Source: a virus. From it: DNA of 64,000 nucleotides. The DNA lies in IMG/VR virus record IMGVR_UViG_3300025400_000011, positions 32,001 through 96,000 of that record. One strand, written 5' to 3'. Position numbers and translations under genes: made by a program. Positions 59,658 to 64,000 of the stretch are shown here, piece after piece. The notes under the pieces are model-generated. The model was not told where the DNA came from, made no database searches, and saw nothing but the letters and a program-made list of their open reading frames with translations. Each line of letters begins with the position of its first letter. The first letter of the stretch is position 1.

Positions 59658-61148
59658 ATGTACAAGAGAAAACCAGGCGAATCATTAACAGAGTATAGAG
59701 ATAGAGTTCTTAATACTATTAGTACAAGTTTTTGTGCTGCTAAGTGGTATAATGCTACTATATGGCTTGGTAATGGTACAACTACAAGCTGCCATCATCC
59801 TCCAGCACAAGATATTCCTTTAGAGGAGATAAAAGACAATCCTTCTGCCATTCATAATACGTCGCATAAAAAGTTGATGCGCAAGATGATGCTTGAGGGT
59901 AAGAAACCAGCTGAGTGTGAGTATTGCTGGAGAGTGGAAGGTATGGGACCTGATAAAGTTAGTGATAGAGTGTTTAAATCTATCATCTATGATGAAGAAG
60001 ACGTACAAAAGTTAGCTACCTTACCTTGGGACGCTAATGTTGATCTTAAAACATTAGAGATTAGTTTTGATAGAACATGTAATCTAGCTTGTTCTTATTG
60101 TAACTCAAGTTTTTCTACTACCTGGGGTAAAGACATTAAAATTAACGGTCCATATAAAAATCTTGTTAGTGACGGTTCCGGTACATACAAGTTAGATGGT
60201 AGTTGGGCAGACACATATAAAACTAACCCAGAAGATAATCCTTATTTACAATCTTTCTGGAAGTGGTGGGATGCTAGCTTAAACAAGAACTTAGAAGAAC
60301 TGAGAGTTACGGGCGGAGAGCCTTTATTAAGCCCTGAAACGTGGAAGCTGATGGATAGGTTTGAAACTCAGCAACTAGACATGAGATTATCTATTAATAG
60401 TAACTTAATGCCTAGAGAAGAGCTTATTACTAAGTTTATTGAGAAGTCTAAAAACATTAAAAATATTCAGGTATATACTAGCTGTGAAACAGTAGGCGCT
60501 CAAGCAGAGTATATTAGAGATGGGTTAAAGTATGATTACTGGAAAGGTAACTTAACACGTCTAATCACTGAAGGTAACTTTAGAGATCTTAACGTGATGA
60601 TGACTATCAACAGTCTTTGTTTGTTTAGTATTACTGATTTTCTTGATGAGATGTACGGACTTAAAGAGTTAGCAAAGAATACTGATAAACGAAAGCAGTT
60701 GTTATTAAGTCTTAATATTTTAAGATTTCCAAGCTTTCAAAGCCCGTTAGCATTACCTGGACATATTAAAGATTATTGCAGAACTAGATTACAAACTTGG
60801 TATGACGCAAGTAAAACTCGTCCACTATGGCACGTAGATGAACTAGCTAGTATTGAACGTCTTATAGACTACTTAGTAGCAGTAGATGCACCGCACCGCA
60901 GAACAAGCAATAAGATTACCTTATGGAGAGATTTTAAGTCATTCTATAAACAGTATGATCAACGTAGAGGTAAAAGCATATCAGTATTCCCAAGCATTTT
61001 AACAGACTGGTTTGCACAGTTACCAGATACTGATACATCTACTATGACTGATGAGCAAATAGATGAAACAGCTCTTAAAGAAGGTTGGATCTCACACTCC
61101 GAGAACCCAGCTCGTCCAGGATCTAGTCCAGATAACTCTTCTTTATAA
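59658..61148 (+). CDS. Twitch-domain radical SAM protein 3
   Basis: FCAAKW...SCHHP...ECEYCW; CNLACSYC; TGGEPLL. Confidence 0.9.
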   Translation: MYKRKPGESLTEYRDRVLNTISTSFCAAKWYNATIWLGNGTTTSCHHPPAQDIPLEEIKDNPSAIHNTSHKKLMRKMMLEGKKPAECEYCWRVEGMGPDKVSDRVFKSIIYDEEDVQKLATLPWDANVDLKTLEISFDRTCNLACSYCNSSFSTTWGKDIKINGPYKNLVSDGSGTYKLDGSWADTYKTNPEDNPYLQSFWKWWDASLNKNLEELRVTGGEPLLSPETWKLMDRFETQQLDMRLSINSNLMPREELITKFIEKSKNIKNIQVYTSCETVGAQAEYIRDGLKYDYWKGNLTRLITEGNFRDLNVMMTINSLCLFSITDFLDEMYGLKELAKNTDKRKQLLLSLNILRFPSFQSPLALPGHIKDYCRTRLQTWYDASKTRPLWHVDELASIERLIDYLVAVDAPHRRTSNKITLWRDFKSFYKQYDQRRGKSISVFPSILTDWFAQLPDTDTSTMTDEQIDETALKEGWISHSENPARPGSSPDNSSL

Positions 61149-61153
61149 AGTAC

Positions 61154-61181
61154 TTGATTTTGTCATAATAGGTACGATAAT
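61154..61181 (+). promoter_or_regulatory. Sigma70-like promoter
   Basis: TTGATT-16nt-GATAAT, 9 nt before ATG 61191. Confidence 0.5.
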
Positions 61182-61190
61182 ACCTGTATT

Positions 61191-61379
61191 ATGACATTTT
61201 TAGAAAAACTTAAACACATTATTATTGGGTTTGCGTCAGTCATTATTTTAATCAATATACCATTTGGTATATATTTTGGTTTTAAAGGCATTGTCACTAA
61301 CAACGATTGGATGTCTACCGCTGGTACTTTTCAAGTATTAACTGGTACATATATGTACCTCTTCTTAACTAAAGAATAA
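61191..61379 (+). CDS. Small two-TM membrane protein
   Basis: 62 aa, two hydrophobic segments. Confidence 0.65.
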   Translation: MTFLEKLKHIIIGFASVIILINIPFGIYFGFKGIVTNNDWMSTAGTFQVLTGTYMYLFLTKE

Positions 61380-61380
61380 T

Positions 61381-61461
61381 ATGGTCGTTTCTTATATAAC
61401 AGCATTAGTAATAGTTGCTCTAGTAATAGCAGCTTTAATAAAATATCTACCAAGAGATTAA
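61381..61461 (+). CDS. 26-aa single-TM microprotein (not in ORF track)
   Basis: MVVSYITALVIVALVIAALIKYLPRD; fills the gap exactly with 1-nt spacers on each side. Confidence 0.6.
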   Translation: MVVSYITALVIVALVIAALIKYLPRD

Positions 61462-61462
61462 T

Positions 61463-61888
61463 ATGAACAATAAAATTACTTGTACCAGGTATCACGACCT
61501 ATCAGTTGGACACAGAGTGTGTGGTCAAGGCGGTAAGTGTGAAAATCTTCACGGTCATAACTACCGTATACACCTCACAGTAGAAGCAGAACAGTTAGAT
61601 ACTGTTGGTCGAGTTATGGACTTTTCTGTTATTAAAGACAAGTTTGTTATATGGTTAGAGCAGCAATGGGATCATAAGTTCTTGGTTTGGGAAAACGATC
61701 CGTTTACAGATACATTAAAAAACTTAAACCCAGAAGGTGTTGTTGTAGTGCCTTTTAACCCAACTGCAGAAAACTTAGGTCAGCACTTAGTCAACGTTAT
61801 TGGACCTCAGCAACTTGCTGGTACTAATGTTAAGCTTGTTAAGGTTAATATTGAAGAGACTCGTAAGTGTAGTGTTACTGTTGAGTAA
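61463..61888 (+). CDS. queD: 6-carboxy-5,6,7,8-tetrahydropterin synthase
   Basis: GHR...CENLHGHNY, VMDF..IK, WDHKFL, NPTAENL, EET. Confidence 0.9.
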   Translation: MNNKITCTRYHDLSVGHRVCGQGGKCENLHGHNYRIHLTVEAEQLDTVGRVMDFSVIKDKFVIWLEQQWDHKFLVWENDPFTDTLKNLNPEGVVVVPFNPTAENLGQHLVNVIGPQQLAGTNVKLVKVNIEETRKCSVTVE

Positions 61889-62825
61889 TATTCATTAACA
61901 CGCCATCTCCAGAGCCCTGCTTTGCTTTAGCGGTACCGCCTGTGTACTTGTATATAACTTGAGCATTAGTAGTTTTAGGTACAGATATATGTAGTACGTT
62001 TCCACCTACTGATGACTTTAATATAGCATCAGTGTTTTCTTCAACGAATACAAACTTGTTAGGATCGATAACCTCGATAACCTTAATATCTTCTGGTTTA
62101 ATACCGTTATTGTTGAGATTATCTTTTTCGTGGCTATCAGTTTTTTGTTTTGCTACATCAAATACTGGTTTAGGACTATCAAGTAATAGGTTATTACCAA
62201 CACCACCCTCATCCATATTAAGAATAACAGGAGGAGAAGGCATTGTTTGAGCGGAAGCTACATAGGTACCTTCAAATGCTTTATCTAAAGTAACTTTACC
62301 TGCTGCTGTAGATACGTCAATACGACCAACTATGTACTGACCGTTTCTTCTATCTAATGCCGGTAGTAGAATAACCAAGCTTCTACCCATTTCATCTACA
62401 GCGAGACTCACATCAGTACCACGAACAGCTATACTCGCTGTAGGTGTAGTAACTGCAACACTATTGCTATTATGATGAGCTAACTTACCTGAAGTATATC
62501 TCAATGTACCTAAAGCAGCCTTAAAGCCTATTTTACCGTTACCTGTGGAAGGATCATACACAAACGTATCTATTAAGAGTTTACTGTGCTCTGTTACTTT
62601 TACTTCTGTATCATCTGCAAACTTTATATTAGTACGAGCTTCAAGTGTCTCCACAGTATCATTCATTTCTACCCCAGTCTTTAACTCGCACTTAATAAAT
62701 TCACTACCTCTGGTTATACGGGTAGGTCCTGTAATAGAAGTAATCTGTCCTGCAGCACCAAATGCTACAGCACATGACAATACTGTTAGTAGAAAGAATA
62801 GTATTGTAAGAGTAACAAGTTTCAT
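61875..62825 (-). CDS. Secreted FecR-domain protein
   Basis: Signal peptide; D.V.T, I.FADDT.V.VTEHSKL.ID.FVYDP, GTLRY.SG, TPTASIAVRGTD, G.V.LD..F.GT.V. Confidence 0.85.
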   Translation of the reverse strand: MKLVTLTILFFLLTVLSCAVAFGAAGQITSITGPTRITRGSEFIKCELKTGVEMNDTVETLEARTNIKFADDTEVKVTEHSKLLIDTFVYDPSTGNGKIGFKAALGTLRYTSGKLAHHNSNSVAVTTPTASIAVRGTDVSLAVDEMGRSLVILLPALDRRNGQYIVGRIDVSTAAGKVTLDKAFEGTYVASAQTMPSPPVILNMDEGGVGNNLLLDSPKPVFDVAKQKTDSHEKDNLNNNGIKPEDIKVIEVIDPNKFVFVEENTDAILKSSVGGNVLHISVPKTTNAQVIYKYTGGTAKAKQGSGDGVLMNITQQ

Positions 62826-62838
62826 AGTAATATTTACA

Positions 62839-62864
62839 TTAAAAAAGCCCGCCTAAGCGGGCTT
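62839..62864 (-). terminator. Intrinsic terminator of the curlin-like gene
   Basis: AAGCCCGC-TTAG-GCGGGCTT followed by a T-run on the minus strand. Confidence 0.88.
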
Positions 62865-62883
62865 GTGTCTCGAACAAATCCTA

Positions 62884-63567
62884 TTATGGACTCGACTGAG
62901 AGATTGTTACATTGTTGGAACTACCAGTTAAGTTATATTGCAACGTTTGTGTTGTCGTACCGGATTGAGATACGGTCAAGTTGTTGCTATTACCGTTAAC
63001 TGTTACTGTCTGGTTATGCCCAGATGTGCCTGTTACTAAACCTGTCTGAGTTAAAGCAAAAGTATTACTATTGCCAGCAACTGTATAGTCAAGTTTGTTA
63101 TAGGAACCATTTGCTACACCAATGTCAAATGAGTTACTGTTACCAGCAACGTCAAATGCAAAGGTACCGTGAGCTGTAGTAGCTTGTGCTGTACCAGTAT
63201 GTGTTCCGTCATTATTAAATACCATTGAGTTAGAACCACCAGCAAACACTGCACTAAAGTTATTATTAGCACCGTTCATAAACAGCTTTTGAGTGTTGCT
63301 ATCGCCAGTGTTCCATAACTTAAATGTGTAGTTGTCTCCAGTTAAATTGAAGTCAATAGCATTGTTATCACCAATTTGCTTGATGTTGAAGGTACCATTA
63401 TCACCGGTAATGGTGGATTGGGACCCGTTTGCGCCGATCCTGTTAGATGCGCCTGTTTGAGTAACAGTGTCTGTAGCAGAGGTCGAAATCTGATCCAAGT
63501 AGATCTGATTTTGAGCCTTTACCGAGACAGCTAATACTACAAAGAGTAATAGTGTTAAGTATTTCAT
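62884..63567 (-). CDS. Secreted curlin-like (CsgA/CsgB-type) repeat protein
   Basis: Signal peptide ending VKA; about a dozen ~11-aa Q/x-x-G-x-x-N repeats (QTGASN, QIGDNN, NTGDSN, MNGANN, VAGNSN, VNGNSN, LTGSSN); adjacent to csgG. Confidence 0.75.
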   Translation of the reverse strand: MKYLTLLLFVVLAVSVKAQNQIYLDQISTSATDTVTQTGASNRIGANGSQSTITGDNGTFNIKQIGDNNAIDFNLTGDNYTFKLWNTGDSNTQKLFMNGANNNFSAVFAGGSNSMVFNNDGTHTGTAQATTAHGTFAFDVAGNSNSFDIGVANGSYNKLDYTVAGNSNTFALTQTGLVTGTSGHNQTVTVNGNSNNLTVSQSGTTTQTLQYNLTGSSNNVTISQSSP

Positions 63568-63587
63568 AGGGGTGTTGCCAATACTTA

Positions 63588-64000
63588 TTACTTTTTACTA
63601 TTAAAGTTATTACTTCCGTTAACTTTAAACTTCCATAACCCTTTGTGCTCTCCCTGATGGATAAGTTCTATAACACTTTGATCTATAGCGGCTCTCAGTG
63701 CTAGATTTACTGGCTCATTACCAGCTGCACCAAGTTCTGCTTCACCATATTTTGTTCCATCACTTGAAAATGCCAATGCATTACCACTTATTGTAGCACT
63801 ATATATTGTTTTGGTAACAGCAACGGATATTAATACTTCTCCGGTGTTAGTGCTTACCAACCTTAAACTTGTTGTAATAACATCTTTGGAGTATTGTACA
63901 TTAGCGCCAATACCTAATATGCTTGCCCCATACCCGCCTGTTTGTACATCTGTATCATAACCTATAATACCACCTTCAGCAATAACACCTGCAAATAACA
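63588..64000 (-). CDS. csgG: Curli secretion channel CsgG/HfaB family (5' end outside the window)
   Basis: Frame open from the window edge: LFAGVIAEGGIIGYDTDVQTGGYGASILGIGANVQYSKDVITTSLRLVSTNTGEVLISVAVTKTIYS...EAELG...NEPV..ALRAAI...V.ELI..G...GLW. Confidence 0.9.
   Translation of the reverse strand, partial: LFAGVIAEGGIIGYDTDVQTGGYGASILGIGANVQYSKDVITTSLRLVSTNTGEVLISVAVTKTIYSATISGNALAFSSDGTKYGEAELGAAGNEPVNLALRAAIDQSVIELIHQGEHKGLWKFKVNGSNNFNSKK

Noticed and set aside
59623-59685. Tracked upstream starts for the cyclase (59685) and for 10616, 11271, 42374, 50857, 52957
   Set aside because: They overlap neighbouring genes or promoters; downstream ATG/GTG starts fit spacing and TAAATA boxes better.
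362-62856. Short antisense ORFs within long genes (e.g. 362, 15172, 22423, 42866, 49033, 62545)
   Set aside because: Fully overlapped by well-supported genes on the other strand; no motifs.
1-64000. Diversity-generating retroelement, invertible fibre cassette, or eukaryotic giant-virus origin
   Set aside because: No reverse transcriptase, adenine-variant repeat pair or recombinase seen; bacterial promoters, intrinsic terminators, CsgG/FecR and S74 chaperones indicate a bacteriophage.

Overview
AT-rich, gene-dense segment of a large (probably jumbo, T4-like) tailed bacteriophage genome, read in the standard genetic code. No tRNA, rRNA, CRISPR array or transposase is visible. 1-38 kb (all + strand) is a virion fibre/baseplate region. 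At least seven proteins carry long, nearly Pro-free Gly-X-Ser/Thr triplet tracts (X mostly F/Y/I), and four proteins end in S74-type intramolecular chaperone domains. Embedded among them are a paralogous Gly/Ser/Thr-rich pair, a U32-family/methyltransferase fusion and an IT-family-like transporter, followed by large LamG/Ig/PKD structural proteins. 38-57 kb holds small early-type genes, a pyrimidine-dimer-glycosylase-like gene, two candidate small RNAs and a modification island: UDP-sugar dehydrogenase, SGNH protein, HAD phosphatase, glycosyltransferases, methyltransferase, carbamoyltransferase and Twitch radical SAM paralogues (the third at 59.7-61.1 kb). 57.5-64 kb carries a minus-strand module of CsgG curli pore, curlin-like repeat protein, FecR protein and CHASE2 adenylate cyclase, interrupted by the third radical SAM, two small membrane proteins and queD. 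Genes lack Shine-Dalgarno sites and are preceded closely by T4-late-like TAAATA boxes or sigma70-like promoters. The two best candidates for new biology are the phage curli/FecR/cAMP signalling module and the G-X-S fibre family with its possible dedicated modification enzymes. All family assignments are by motif recognition, not database search.
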